Part shown: positions 36,365 through 46,551 of the stretch, in pieces
How positions within the stretch are numbered: the stretch's first letter is position 1
How the letters are laid out: each line of letters begins with the position of its first letter
Source of the DNA: a virus
Strand: one strand, 5' to 3'
IMG/VR virus record: IMGVR_UViG_3300043449_001732
Location: 1 to 64,000 of that record
DNA: 64,000 nt
Translations under genes and position numbers: made by a program
The notes under the pieces: generated by a model
Seen by the model: only the letters and a program-made list of their open reading frames with translations
What the model was told of the DNA's origin: nothing
The model's database searches: none

Positions 36365-36952
36365 CTAAGAAAGGATATGACCCTTTTCAGCGTACAAGTC
36401 AATAAACTTTTCTACGGCGGCACCAGAGCTGTCCACTGGAGGCAGGTATACAACAAGTGACGTGCACGTAGGTTGTTGCTTAACTTCATCACCAACGACT
36501 TTTAGCAGCTTTGGCGCGGTTCGCAAGATACATATCGGAAAGCTAAAGATTCGTGGGTCGTAACGAATCATGTCAGGGCAGTTGGTAAAATACAGGCCCT
36601 GCTTAATTTCCTTACTGAGCCAGGCATTGTACATGCGTTTAAACCAAACAGCATGTGACGATCTAAGAGTAGGGGAAGACCCTCGCGTAAACTTCCAGCG
36701 TTCGTTTGGTTTGTCCCAGTAATACGTGCCATTAGGTGGGAATAGATAGGCGTTCCCGTGCCATTGCTGGGCATTTAGTCCGTCATCGCTAGGAGTAAAA
36801 AACTGTGTTGCCCCCACATACTCATTTGCAATCTTGGAACTCGCCACATCAAGATCAATGCCACCCATAAGGGCATGTGCTGAAGCCACCAAGTCTGGGC
36901 TTGTGATCAGCTCATTGTTTTCTGTGTAGCCAGGGCGGAATGTTTTCCCCAT
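36365..36952 (-). CDS. phage Dam-like N6-adenine methyltransferase, degenerate catalytic motif
   Basis: IDLD.ASS..AN, DDGL...W.G..YLFPPN in place of NPPY. Confidence 0.7.
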   Translation of the reverse strand: MGKTFRPGYTENNELITSPDLVASAHALMGGIDLDVASSKIANEYVGATQFFTPSDDGLNAQQWHGNAYLFPPNGTYYWDKPNERWKFTRGSSPTLRSSHAVWFKRMYNAWLSKEIKQGLYFTNCPDMIRYDPRIFSFPICILRTAPKLLKVVGDEVKQQPTCTSLVVYLPPVDSSGAAVEKFIDLYAEKGHILS

Positions 36953-37338
36953 CAGCTCTCTGTAGTTTTCTGGTAATCAACTTCAAAGTAACGCATGCCG
37001 TCCTTGTCATTAATGATGTAACCAGCTTTTTCTAATGGGTTGATTTTTTGCGCAGCGGCAAGAATGCGCCTAAAGCTTTCGGCCATGTCCCCATCATTCT
37101 CACGTTCGCACTCCTCCTGGGCAGAGTGAATCTCTTTGAGCGTCAAAAAGAACATAGAACGGGATTTGTCCTGGGGCTGGAACACCATTACACCAGGACC
37201 CTCGGTATCCCAAAATTTGCAATATTGTTGCCCCAAGTCACCAAGAATCAGCTTTATGGTGGCATCAAGCATCTTGGCTTTTGTATCGTCAGCCTCCAGG
37301 CCAATGACTGAAGCAATTAATTTTTCACGACGATTCAT
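36952..37338 (-). CDS. hypothetical protein
   Basis: coupled ORF in the leftward operon. Confidence 0.7.
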   Translation of the reverse strand: MNRREKLIASVIGLEADDTKAKMLDATIKLILGDLGQQYCKFWDTEGPGVMVFQPQDKSRSMFFLTLKEIHSAQEECERENDGDMAESFRRILAAAQKINPLEKAGYIINDKDGMRYFEVDYQKTTES

Positions 37339-37796
37339 GGTTTAATCAATCCTTGGCGAGAAAGTGCATCAATAAGCTTGGGCAAAGGCTTGTAAATTAC
37401 GACAAGCTTTCCAAGGATGCCACGTTTTTTTACCAGCTTACCCCGTTCGTCACGTAATTTGTCAAATTCCCCTGAACGAATGAGGTATTCAGCTACGCAG
37501 CGAAGCCTACGTTTCAAAGGCAGCTCAGCAAGCGGAAATTTACCACAAATTGTATCTGGAACCATGTCCTTAAACGCCATGCGCAAGCGATTGGCAAGTG
37601 TCATGTTTGAATTCTCATCTTCTTCTTCATAATTTTTTAAGATCTCCAGGTACCTTCTCAGGCACTTGTCATCAAATGAGCCTTCGGGTGGCAAGAAGAT
37701 TGCAACCTGATTAACCAATGACTCCGGCAAAACCTCTACGTGGTTTGCAACCGTTACTTTCTTGATTTCAACATTGGCAAAGCGGTGTGACATCAC
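37335..37796 (-). CDS. hypothetical basic protein, possibly winged helix
   Basis: coupled ORF. Confidence 0.65.
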   Translation of the reverse strand: MMSHRFANVEIKKVTVANHVEVLPESLVNQVAIFLPPEGSFDDKCLRRYLEILKNYEEEDENSNMTLANRLRMAFKDMVPDTICGKFPLAELPLKRRLRCVAEYLIRSGEFDKLRDERGKLVKKRGILGKLVVIYKPLPKLIDALSRQGLIKP

Positions 37797-38209
37797 TGAA
37801 ACTCCTTAAACCGCTCGGGGATTTGGTATAAGCGTGCGTCTTTGCGGAGATCCAGGATATCAACTTTTTTATTCTTGGCAAATGCTTGGATCAAATGGTT
37901 CCACGGGATACGAATCACCGGTTTTTTCATGTCGCCAGGGGCGATATTCACATAATGAATACCCTCTTCCCACCCTTTGTCCACATTTTTCTTGCCAACG
38001 GTAATCCAGTTTCTAATCGTTTGATCGGATATGTTTAGACGCCTTGCACACTCCTCTGTAGAAATGTATTCATCTGCGTATGCCTCTGGATTTAGCATGT
38101 CCGTTTCTCCTTTGGAATAACGACTGTGCCATAGGGACGCAAGGATATTTCGAATCCCTTTCAGTTCCCATGCAATGTCTTCAAGACCTTTCCTAATACC
38201 GTGGGTCAT
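37793..38209 (-). CDS. helix-turn-helix (excisionase/MerR-like) regulator
   Basis: YISTEECARRLNISDQTIRNWI...EGIHY. Confidence 0.8.
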   Translation of the reverse strand: MTHGIRKGLEDIAWELKGIRNILASLWHSRYSKGETDMLNPEAYADEYISTEECARRLNISDQTIRNWITVGKKNVDKGWEEGIHYVNIAPGDMKKPVIRIPWNHLIQAFAKNKKVDILDLRKDARLYQIPERFKEFQ

Positions 38210-38230
38210 ACGTCAATAATCTTTAAGTAG

Positions 38231-38548
38231 ATGCTAGTGTGTGGAGAAAGCATTTGCATCATGGAAGAGCAGGTAACTCCCAGTCAGCAACCTATGCCTA
38301 GTCAGATTACTGCCGAGCAATTGGCAGAGATGAAAGCAAGGGCTCGCGACATGGCCATACAGCAAACTATTACACAGCAAGCAGCTGTTCCCCAGCAAAG
38401 GCCCCAGGTTGTTTACGTGCGGCGCAATTTGACAGTGGCAGAGTTGTTGGTGGTATTCCTTATTTCATGTGGACTTGTCACAGGAGTGCAAGCTGCATGG
38501 CACTTCGCCGCAACTACATTGCCTCGCCTTGAAATCAAGGTTAAGTAA
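38231..38548 (+). CDS. small membrane protein
   Basis: C-terminal TM helix; start probably MEEQV. Confidence 0.6.
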   Translation: MLVCGESICIMEEQVTPSQQPMPSQITAEQLAEMKARARDMAIQQTITQQAAVPQQRPQVVYVRRNLTVAELLVVFLISCGLVTGVQAAWHFAATTLPRLEIKVK

Positions 38549-38601
38549 CTGGCTAGGCTCAGAGAAACTATAATTGATTTAGGAGTACCTGTGCGTATAC
38601 A

Positions 38602-40578
38602 GTGGCCAATCGTCGTATTTCTGAACTTCCGCTCCTAGCTGGGGCGGATGTAGCCGAGCAGGATCTGCTGACGATGGTCCACGTATTCGAAGTGGACCCT
38701 ACCCTTAAAAATAAAAAGATCACAATCTCTGGTTTTGGAGATTACCTCTCAACTAAATACGTAACAACCACTGGTGGCACAGTAACCGGCAACGTCTTAG
38801 TACAAGGGGACTTAACTGTAACTGGCGTTACTGTTGTCAATGCATTCACTAGTAGTGGCCTTGGAACGTTTAGTGGCGTCTTAGTTCAAAACAACCTGAC
38901 CACAAGTGGTACGATTAGTGGTCAAACAATTACGGGCCAGGCGCTTCAATCTGTAACACTCAACTCGGCAACAGGTACATTCACTACGGTTACTGGGGCA
39001 ACTTCAAACTTTGTAAGTGGGAATTTTAGTACCCGACTCTCGGGTGCAACCATTACCGGTAACACGCTTCAAGCAACGTCCGGACAATTTAGTTACCTGA
39101 GTGGCGCCACAATTACAGGTGGTTTGGTCCAGGGTGTAAGTGGTGTTTTTGGCACGCTTGCTACGCCTGTTCTTGATGTAAGTGGTAACTTGTCCGTTGC
39201 GAGTGGACTGACCGTTACTGGCCTTGCTCAATTTGCATCAGGCGTACAAGTCACTGGCACGTTATCAGGAACAACCGTCACTGGGACAGTGGCACGTTTT
39301 ACTAGTGTTACTGGTGTAACGGGTGTATTTACAACTACGTTGTCAGGTGCATCCATTACTGGGACAATTGTTAATGCAACATCAATCACTGGTGTATCTG
39401 GCACTTTTACATCAAGGGTATCGGGGGCAACCGTAACAGGTAACGTAGGGTCCTTTGGCTCAGTCAGTGGCATTTCAGGTGTATTTTCCCAGGTTCTTTC
39501 TGGTGCTGTAATTACCGGAGATGCTGGTCAGTTTGCGGTAATCACCGGTGTTTCTGGTGTATATACCAATTTATCTGGTGCCACGGTCACTGGTGATATT
39601 GTTGCAGCCACAAATGTATCGGGTGTTTCCGGTGTATTTACTAGCCGTATCTCAGGTAATACCGTTACCGGCACCACTGCAGCTTTTACAACCATTACAG
39701 GTGTCTTTGGTGTATTCACTACTCAGGTATCAGGAGCAACCATCACTGGTACCAGTGGTCAATTCACAAATGTAACGGCAGGCACTGGGGTATTTACTCT
39801 TGTTTCTGGTACTACTGTCACGGGTAATACAGGTGCGTTCACTAACCTCACTGGTATTGCAGGTGTCTTTACCACCAGTGTGTCAGGTGCAACCGTAATA
39901 GGTACAACAGTTACCGGTGCGACAGGCATCTTCACTTATGTAACTGGTACCACGATTACCGGCATAAACGTTAACGCTGCTACTGGTGTATTTACCACTC
40001 TTCAAGCAACAAACCTTAGTTTTACTAACACCACAATCTCGGGTGACTTAAACGTTGTTGGCTCTGGTTTTATTGGTTCTGGTTTATCTGTAACCGGAAC
40101 TATCAGCGGGCAAACGGTAACCGGTACAACGGCAGCTTTTACTTCAGTCACTGGAGTGTCCGGTGTCTTTACCACGCGTTTATCGGGTGCAACAATTACG
40201 GGTAACACAGGATTATTTGCAAATGTAACAGGTGTTTCTGGTGTATACACTTATCTTTCAGGTGCAACCGTTACAGGTGATACGGCTAATTTCAGTAATG
40301 TAACTGGTGTTAGTGGCACATTTACAACACATTTGTCGGGTGCAACCATTACGGGTAACACTGGACAGTTCAGCAACATCACAGGTGTTTCCGGCACGTT
40401 TACAAGCACTCTTTCAAGTGCAAATATTTCCGGAACCAACGCAACTATCACCAACATCACCGGCGGTACACTCGCGATTACAACCCCGTCTGGCGATACT
40501 CCCGCCATTGTCTGCTCAGGTGTTGTTTCTGGTAGCGCCAGTGGTTTTATAATCAAAGGCCCCTTGATTATTCTTTGA
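38602..40578 (+). CDS. tail fibre with ~25-aa T/G/S-rich repeats
   Basis: MANRRISELP N-terminus; TGVSGxFTxxLSGATITGN repeats. Confidence 0.8.
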   Translation: MANRRISELPLLAGADVAEQDLLTMVHVFEVDPTLKNKKITISGFGDYLSTKYVTTTGGTVTGNVLVQGDLTVTGVTVVNAFTSSGLGTFSGVLVQNNLTTSGTISGQTITGQALQSVTLNSATGTFTTVTGATSNFVSGNFSTRLSGATITGNTLQATSGQFSYLSGATITGGLVQGVSGVFGTLATPVLDVSGNLSVASGLTVTGLAQFASGVQVTGTLSGTTVTGTVARFTSVTGVTGVFTTTLSGASITGTIVNATSITGVSGTFTSRVSGATVTGNVGSFGSVSGISGVFSQVLSGAVITGDAGQFAVITGVSGVYTNLSGATVTGDIVAATNVSGVSGVFTSRISGNTVTGTTAAFTTITGVFGVFTTQVSGATITGTSGQFTNVTAGTGVFTLVSGTTVTGNTGAFTNLTGIAGVFTTSVSGATVIGTTVTGATGIFTYVTGTTITGINVNAATGVFTTLQATNLSFTNTTISGDLNVVGSGFIGSGLSVTGTISGQTVTGTTAAFTSVTGVSGVFTTRLSGATITGNTGLFANVTGVSGVYTYLSGATVTGDTANFSNVTGVSGTFTTHLSGATITGNTGQFSNITGVSGTFTSTLSSANISGTNATITNITGGTLAITTPSGDTPAIVCSGVVSGSASGFIIKGPLIIL

Positions 40579-40625
40579 ATATAAGTTTTAAAAAGCTAGA
40601 ATCGTAAAAAGGATTTGTTAAAACA

Positions 40626-42215
40626 ATGCCATACGGTGAAATTCGGGTTGATACTATTACCTTTACCAACGCGGGCGTCGATAAAAGCATTACCGTTTCT
40701 GGGTTATTTGCGTCTACTTCTGGTAATTTAACTGTTACTGGAACTATTTCAGGTACCACGTTTACTGGTACAACCGCAAACTTTACCAGCGGTAACGTCA
40801 CCACGTTTAGCGGTGGTACATGCACTATTACTTCAGGCGTATTTGCCTCTGGTACGGCAACAAATCCATCAATCAGTTTCATTACAGATTCAAATACAGG
40901 TCTTTACTCCCCCGGCGCAGACCAGCTTGCCATCAGCACCGGCGGCACGGGGCGGTTGTTTGTTGACAGTGCCGGCAGAGTGTTGATCGGACAAACAACA
41001 ACAGGACTGCAAGCCGTTAGATCGATGGCTTGGCAGGGAAGCGGCGAGGGAACGTTATACATCAGCCACTCCACCGCCGACGGTAATGGCGATCCATTCA
41101 TAAAGTTTGGCTATAACGCAGGCGAGATTGGTTCCCTGCGTCAAGCCGGCCTTACAGGTGTTGGCTTGTTTAGCGCTGATTATTTGAATTTCGGCTCAAG
41201 TAATACCGAGCGCATGCGCCTGGACGCTAGTGGCAGCTTCCAGTTCAAAGGCGCTGGTACCGCAGGTGTCACCCAAGCCGTTAGTTTTAATGGCAGTGCA
41301 CCTGTTAATAGCCTTGTCATCGACAGCTCTGGCAGGCTGTTGGTGGGGACGAGTACAGGGCGTAACATTGCCGATGCAGCGCAAGGCCGTATTCAAGTTG
41401 AAACTACTAATTATGGCGGTATTTCAATTACTAACAACATAGCAGACCCAAGTTGTGCAACTTTAGCGTTTGGCAAACAAAGATCTGGGGCGGTTGGTGG
41501 AAGCACGATTGTTCAGAATGGCGATTTGCTTGGTGCGATATTCTTTGGCGGCGCAGACGGTACTGATATTGAAACTCAAGGCGCAAGAATTGAAGCAGCT
41601 GTAGACGGCACCCCCGGCGCTAACGACATGCCGGGCCGCCTGGTTTTCAGCACCACCGCCGACGGAGCGAGCAGCCCGACGGAGCGGATGAGGATTACGA
41701 GTGGTGGGCGCTTCAATAATGTCTCCACAGAAGCCGGCATCTTTTCCGAGACAACACAAACAGCTGGCACTTCTTTTGTTGTCTTCCAAGGTAGGTACGG
41801 TGCTACGGCGGGCAACCCTCTTAGCGGTACTACATCGTTCCAGGTTTTTTCAAACGGAAATGTTCAAAACACCAACAACTCCTACGGCGCCATCTCTGAC
41901 ATCAAGCTGAAGGAGAACATCGTTGACGCCAACTCCCAATGGGACGATTTAAAAGCCCTGCAGGTTCGCAACTACAACTTCAAAGAAGGTCAGACCCACA
42001 CCCAAATCGGCCTTGTCGCCCAGGAGGTTGAACTTGTCTCCCCCGGACTCGTCACCGAATCCCCCGACCGCGACGCAGAAGGCAACGACCTCGGGACCGT
42101 CACCAAAAGCGTCAACTATTCGGTGCTCTACATGAAGGCAGTCAAGGCGCTGCAGGAAGCAATGGAGCGCATCGAAACCCTCGAGGCCAAAGTTGCAGCC
42201 CTTGAGGGCGTGTAG
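40626..42215 (+). CDS. tail fibre with C-terminal intramolecular chaperone (peptidase S74)
   Basis: ERMR.D/T repeats; SD.KLKENI, IGLVAQEVE, terminal coiled coil. Confidence 0.9.
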   Translation: MPYGEIRVDTITFTNAGVDKSITVSGLFASTSGNLTVTGTISGTTFTGTTANFTSGNVTTFSGGTCTITSGVFASGTATNPSISFITDSNTGLYSPGADQLAISTGGTGRLFVDSAGRVLIGQTTTGLQAVRSMAWQGSGEGTLYISHSTADGNGDPFIKFGYNAGEIGSLRQAGLTGVGLFSADYLNFGSSNTERMRLDASGSFQFKGAGTAGVTQAVSFNGSAPVNSLVIDSSGRLLVGTSTGRNIADAAQGRIQVETTNYGGISITNNIADPSCATLAFGKQRSGAVGGSTIVQNGDLLGAIFFGGADGTDIETQGARIEAAVDGTPGANDMPGRLVFSTTADGASSPTERMRITSGGRFNNVSTEAGIFSETTQTAGTSFVVFQGRYGATAGNPLSGTTSFQVFSNGNVQNTNNSYGAISDIKLKENIVDANSQWDDLKALQVRNYNFKEGQTHTQIGLVAQEVELVSPGLVTESPDRDAEGNDLGTVTKSVNYSVLYMKAVKALQEAMERIETLEAKVAALEGV

Positions 42216-42261
42216 TCCTATTAATTATTCCCCCTGGTAAAATAAAAGAAAACTATTTGTT

Positions 42262-42585
42262 ATGGCTAACACTGTTTGGGATATTGCCAACATGGAACGT
42301 CATCTTCCCGATGGCGAAATTTGTCCTGATGGCGCCATCTACACTGTCCACTGGACTGCATCCCTGGAAGAAGACGGCGAAACAGCAGGTGCATACGGCA
42401 GCATTGGCCTTGGCGATCCCGACCCCGACTCCTTCGTTCCGTTTGATCAGCTGACCAAAGAAGAGGTCGTTGGTTGGGTGCTGTCGGCACTTGGTGTTGA
42501 TCAGGTTGTTTCTATTGAAGAGGCACTGCACAACCAAATTCAACAAAAAATTCATCCCACTTCGGCCACTGGTGTTCCTTGGTAA
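42262..42585 (+). CDS. tail-fibre-associated protein
   Basis: F.PF..LT...V.GWV ... G.PW; follows the fibre gene. Confidence 0.65.
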   Translation: MANTVWDIANMERHLPDGEICPDGAIYTVHWTASLEEDGETAGAYGSIGLGDPDPDSFVPFDQLTKEEVVGWVLSALGVDQVVSIEEALHNQIQQKIHPTSATGVPW

Positions 42586-42611
42586 TTACTTGCTATACTT
42601 TTTGAAGTCAC

Positions 42612-42797
42612 TTGTTTAACATGGCTTGCAAAAAGTCTGATCTTATTTCGGCAATTAATTCCTTTGGTTCTGCCCGTGCTACCGGCGATGGCAACCTCAT
42701 TGCTTTTGCCGGTAACTTGATTGGTCAACTCCTGGATACCCTTGAGTTTGAGCCCGAAACCCCGGAAGAAACCACTGAAACTGAAGTCGTAGAGTGA
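42612..42797 (+). CDS. hypothetical protein
   Basis: start probably MACKK. Confidence 0.6.
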   Translation: MFNMACKKSDLISAINSFGSARATGDGNLIAFAGNLIGQLLDTLEFEPETPEETTETEVVE

Positions 42798-42839
42798 TTT
42801 GGTACACCTGATTTAGAGTTAGTAAAAAGCTCTAGGTCG

Positions 42840-43952
42840 ATGTCCATAAAACTTGTTGAAGCGGCTCGGTACTTCAAAGAACAACCACATCAAGTTGATG
42901 CGTGGAATTGGCTCCAGGCTCAGATACCCTCTGAGACCCTGGAGTCTTTTGCTATCAAATACCGCACAGCGCCAAAACCTGTGGAAACCTACCCCAATAC
43001 TTGGGAAGGTGTGATGAAAGCAGGTAAGGACGCTGGTGCAAAATACCCTGAATGCGTTGCTGCTCAATGGGCACTTGAATCAAATTGGGGTAAGGACACC
43101 TCAGGTACTCATAACTACTACGGGCTTAAAGGGTCTGGCACTACGGTCAACACACAAGAATTCATCAACGGTCAATGGGTAACAATCAAGGCTGGATTTA
43201 TTGATTTTCCCGACCTTTACACCTGTACTTGTTACCTGGTTGACCGCTGGTACAAAGACTATGGCACATACAAAGGTGTGAACCGTGCAACAAGCAGGAA
43301 CAACTGCGCGCAATTATTGGTTACAGAAGGATACGCTACAGATCCTGGTTACAGCACCAAGCTGATCCAGATTATGGATAAACAACTTGGTACGCCAGGA
43401 GGTAATACCACTGATGCGACAACATCTAAAACACTGTCCGTACCTTACTTTTATCAACTTGACAACCAGTCTGGTACGGGATATCGCGAGTGTTTTTCTT
43501 CGAGTTGTGCTATGGTAGCCGGTTATTACAACTTGGTAAAATCGGATGACGAATACAATAAAATCCGCGCCAAATACGGAGACACGACCAGCAAAGATGC
43601 TCAGCTTGCAGCTTTGCGTTCCCTGGGACTCAAGGCAACATTCATCACCAACGGTAATGCAGCCCTCCTAGAAAATGAAATTCGCAACGGCAGGCCAGTA
43701 GCTGTTGGTTGGCTGCACCAGGGGAACATTAATTACCCGACTGGTGGTGGACATTGGACGTGCTGCATCGGGTTTACGCCAGATACATTTGTACACAACG
43801 ATCCAAATGGAGAAGCCGATATGTTAAACGGTGGTTACGTCAGTAATTCTGCAGCGCGTGGCAAAGGTGTAAAGTACAGTAGAAAAAATTGGTTGCGTCG
43901 CTGGGAATGCGACGGTAATAATACAGGTTGGGCAATTCTTGTATCAAAGTGA
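42840..43952 (+). CDS. endolysin: GH73 glucosaminidase + C39-like peptidase
   Basis: AAQ.ALES.WG, NYYGLK, GYATDP.Y; L.VPYF.Q, C, GGHW, NDP. Confidence 0.9.
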   Translation: MSIKLVEAARYFKEQPHQVDAWNWLQAQIPSETLESFAIKYRTAPKPVETYPNTWEGVMKAGKDAGAKYPECVAAQWALESNWGKDTSGTHNYYGLKGSGTTVNTQEFINGQWVTIKAGFIDFPDLYTCTCYLVDRWYKDYGTYKGVNRATSRNNCAQLLVTEGYATDPGYSTKLIQIMDKQLGTPGGNTTDATTSKTLSVPYFYQLDNQSGTGYRECFSSSCAMVAGYYNLVKSDDEYNKIRAKYGDTTSKDAQLAALRSLGLKATFITNGNAALLENEIRNGRPVAVGWLHQGNINYPTGGGHWTCCIGFTPDTFVHNDPNGEADMLNGGYVSNSAARGKGVKYSRKNWLRRWECDGNNTGWAILVSK

Positions 43953-44110
43953 AACGTAATAAAGATTTAAAGATTCGAGTAAATATTTGTTGGGAGGTTG
44001 GCGACGAAAAAAAATGCGCAACCCTCAGTAAAGAAGAGGCTTACGCAACAAGAAAATGGGTTGAAGACAACAATGGTGTTGTGTTCTGGAGTCAGGTCTT
44101 GCCTGATTAA
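43928..44110 (+). CDS. hypothetical protein
   Basis: short ORF; start probably GTG at 43949. Confidence 0.5.
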   Translation: MGNSCIKVKRNKDLKIRVNICWEVGDEKKCATLSKEEAYATRKWVEDNNGVVFWSQVLPD

Positions 44111-44856
44111 TCAGCGTTCTTTAAATACTGAATAGCATTTTCCAAATTAGAAATATCATCAAAGAACAATCCCAGTCCTGTATTGCAATGTGAACACAAC
44201 AATCCCCTTACTTTATTTGTTTCGTGATCGTGATCAACACACAAGATGCCAGGAGAAGCTCCAACGCCAGGAGCCCGAGCTGCTGGTACGCCACAAATTT
44301 TACATTTATAATTTTGCTTATCTAACAAATCAAAATAACCATCAAGAGTTAGGCCGTACTTTTTAAGATTTGCACTTCGAATTTTATCTTTGTATACAGT
44401 TTTATTTTTTAAACTACAACACTGTTTACACCAAGCTCCTACTTTTCCGATTTTTCTTCCATTAGGTTCAGGCGGAAAATTTTCAAACGGCTGAATTAAA
44501 TTGCAGCTGCCACATATTTTGACATTGTCCTGAGCTAGTGCATATTGAGTCTTATACCTTACTGCATTAATTTGTTCTTTTGCGCATTTTCGACAGCCTT
44601 TGCCGGCAAGATGGTTTGTTGCCAACTGTTGAAATTCACCGTGCCTTGAACAAATGATCGTAACAGCGTTTTGCTGTCGACTAAAAGTTGTGGGTACTAA
44701 AGAATAATCGTAAAGGTCACCGTGAATCCCCCTGGCCCTATCGATGAAATACTCGGCTCGCTGTTGCCGACTTGCACCCCTAGGGAGTTGTTGTTTATAC
44801 TTGGTCATGGCCACACATGTCCTGTGGTTATTTGGCAGTGATGTTTGCGGCATCAC
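44107..44856 (-). CDS. free-standing endonuclease VII-family homing endonuclease
   Basis: HG..YDYS..C..HG.F zinc motif; YG.T..Q...C.IC..VDHDH...VRGLLC..CN.GLG; AT-rich. Confidence 0.85.
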   Translation of the reverse strand: MMPQTSLPNNHRTCVAMTKYKQQLPRGASRQQRAEYFIDRARGIHGDLYDYSLVPTTFSRQQNAVTIICSRHGEFQQLATNHLAGKGCRKCAKEQINAVRYKTQYALAQDNVKICGSCNLIQPFENFPPEPNGRKIGKVGAWCKQCCSLKNKTVYKDKIRSANLKKYGLTLDGYFDLLDKQNYKCKICGVPAARAPGVGASPGILCVDHDHETNKVRGLLCSHCNTGLGLFFDDISNLENAIQYLKNAD

Positions 44857-44874
44857 TGCTTTTTATTTTAACAA

Positions 44875-45039
44875 TTAACGATCCTTGGCGCGGCCCACAA
44901 GTAAACCGCCGATTTCAATAAGACGATAAACCTTGCGCAAAAACCGGTCATCACGCGGGTTGGGAGTCAAAGCGCAAATAGCAGAACATGCTGCATGAAT
45001 GGCAAGAGCCACTTCAAGGTACTTGTTAAAATGTGCCAT
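44875..45039 (-). CDS. 54-aa holin-like membrane peptide (ALTP.P.DD)
   Basis: MAHFNKYLEVALAIHAACSAICALTPNPRDD...; near the endolysin; not in the ORF track. Confidence 0.6.
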   Translation of the reverse strand: MAHFNKYLEVALAIHAACSAICALTPNPRDDRFLRKVYRLIEIGGLLVGRAKDR

Positions 45040-45057
45040 GGATTTATCCTGTTTCTT

Positions 45058-45483
45058 TTATTCTACGAGACTTGATTTGTAAAAGAAAAAAGATTTGTGT
45101 TCATCAGAGATTTCCCACTTGGAATTCTCATGGCGCATAAACCATTTCTTCCACACTTGAAACTGTTTATCTGGCAACGCACACTCACATTTCAAACATA
45201 TTGAATCTCCTGCTGGCAACTCAATAATCCATTGACGAACTTGACGAATGGCTAAAGCTTGAGTCTTGGGGCCAAACTTACCGGTCAAAGATGAATCCAT
45301 CTGGCGCACTCGTTTGTTCTTGCGCCTGTTCATCCAATCGTTGAGTTGCCTCCCAGAACGGGACACTGCCATGCTGGCTAACCACACACAACCATTCGTC
45401 GTCTTGATCCAAGGGATCAAACGCAGTTTTAGGCGCATTTTCTGGGCTAAAAAAATCGTCCCAATCTTTTTGCGTCGCTTCAT
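45058..45483 (-). CDS. hypothetical basic protein
   Basis: 141-aa ORF. Confidence 0.6.
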   Translation of the reverse strand: MKRRKKIGTIFLAQKMRLKLRLIPWIKTTNGCVWLASMAVSRSGRQLNDWMNRRKNKRVRQMDSSLTGKFGPKTQALAIRQVRQWIIELPAGDSICLKCECALPDKQFQVWKKWFMRHENSKWEISDEHKSFFFYKSSLVE

Positions 45484-45610
45484 AAATAGCCATTAGTCTT
45501 CGTAGATACGGCACTCTCGCGCCCAAGGATTATCTTGACAGTAAGTAGCAAAAGCTTTGGTGGGGTTGTGTTTTTTCTTCAGTAAGTGCAAAATAAATTT
45601 GAACATTTTG

Positions 45611-46507
45611 TTACGGGCGGTCAACAAGAGGCAGGAAAATTTCAGGTAGACGTGCATCGGGATCTCTTTCGCGTTTCCATGCATCGGACCATTCCGCTAA
45701 TGAATGTTCATGTTCTACATCTGTAGTGTAGCTGTCACTTGGCTCTAATTCAAATTTGTCATCAGCTTCTGGTGACATAAAACCAATAAACCAAGTTGAT
45801 GTGGCTGGTATTGTTACCGTTGCACCACTATCAATGGATGCTGCACTAAACGTATATGCATTAAACCCTATCGGTATTGAGTAGTTAACATTGAAGTTTG
45901 GTCCAATAACAATAGTATTGGACAAGTCAAGTGTAGTCTCTGCAACCAAGAAGCTTCCATCTAGGTCTTCCAGTAAAATAAAAGAATCCAGGGCGGGAAA
46001 TTCAACAACTAACCCCAGGGAATAATCAAGCGGTTCGTTCCTAGTACTAGAAATACAGAGTAAATAACTGCCCGCTTCTAAGATGAAGTAAAGATCGTCT
46101 CCTTTATTTAACGTGTAAGAGTTAAAGGTGTTTGCCAGATCAGAACCGGCCCCCATTGTGTGGCCAAGATAGGGATAAAACTTTTCTCCGTCCGCATTAG
46201 TTGTTGAAACGCTGTCCGCTTGAAAGATCATGCGGCCTTCAATTGGAGTCTTATTTAGGTCGTATGTAGAAACCTGGATATAGTTAGGACGCGGTCCGCC
46301 TTTCTGTGTAATAATCCAGGCTGGGCTAGTAACGTTGAGCTGAAACCAATGGTTCATGGTGCCACCACCATAACCATTCAAACCCACTATATTTTTAGGC
46401 CCTAGTTTTCCCGTTAGATAGCGAAGTGATGTTTCGCTGAACGTACCCAGAACAAGGGGATTATCTTGGGTACGTTGCCGCTGACTTGTATTAGATACTC
46501 TGCTCAC
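45611..46507 (-). CDS. hypothetical beta-sandwich protein, possibly structural
   Basis: 298 aa; L.AG.YLL.IS pattern. Confidence 0.55.
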   Translation of the reverse strand: MSRVSNTSQRQRTQDNPLVLGTFSETSLRYLTGKLGPKNIVGLNGYGGGTMNHWFQLNVTSPAWIITQKGGPRPNYIQVSTYDLNKTPIEGRMIFQADSVSTTNADGEKFYPYLGHTMGAGSDLANTFNSYTLNKGDDLYFILEAGSYLLCISSTRNEPLDYSLGLVVEFPALDSFILLEDLDGSFLVAETTLDLSNTIVIGPNFNVNYSIPIGFNAYTFSAASIDSGATVTIPATSTWFIGFMSPEADDKFELEPSDSYTTDVEHEHSLAEWSDAWKRERDPDARLPEIFLPLVDRP

Positions 46508-46551
46508 TGCATGATACTAACTCCGTATATCCATTGTACTCGGAGCGTGTT

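Noticed and set aside
29794-38209. Lysogeny module (excisionase-like HTH genes)
   Set aside because: No integrase or att site recognised in the window; the HTH proteins are more simply regulators
38602-42215. Diversity-generating retroelement or invertible tail-fibre cassette
   Set aside because: No reverse transcriptase or invertase and no TR/VR pair seen; the repeats are protein-level
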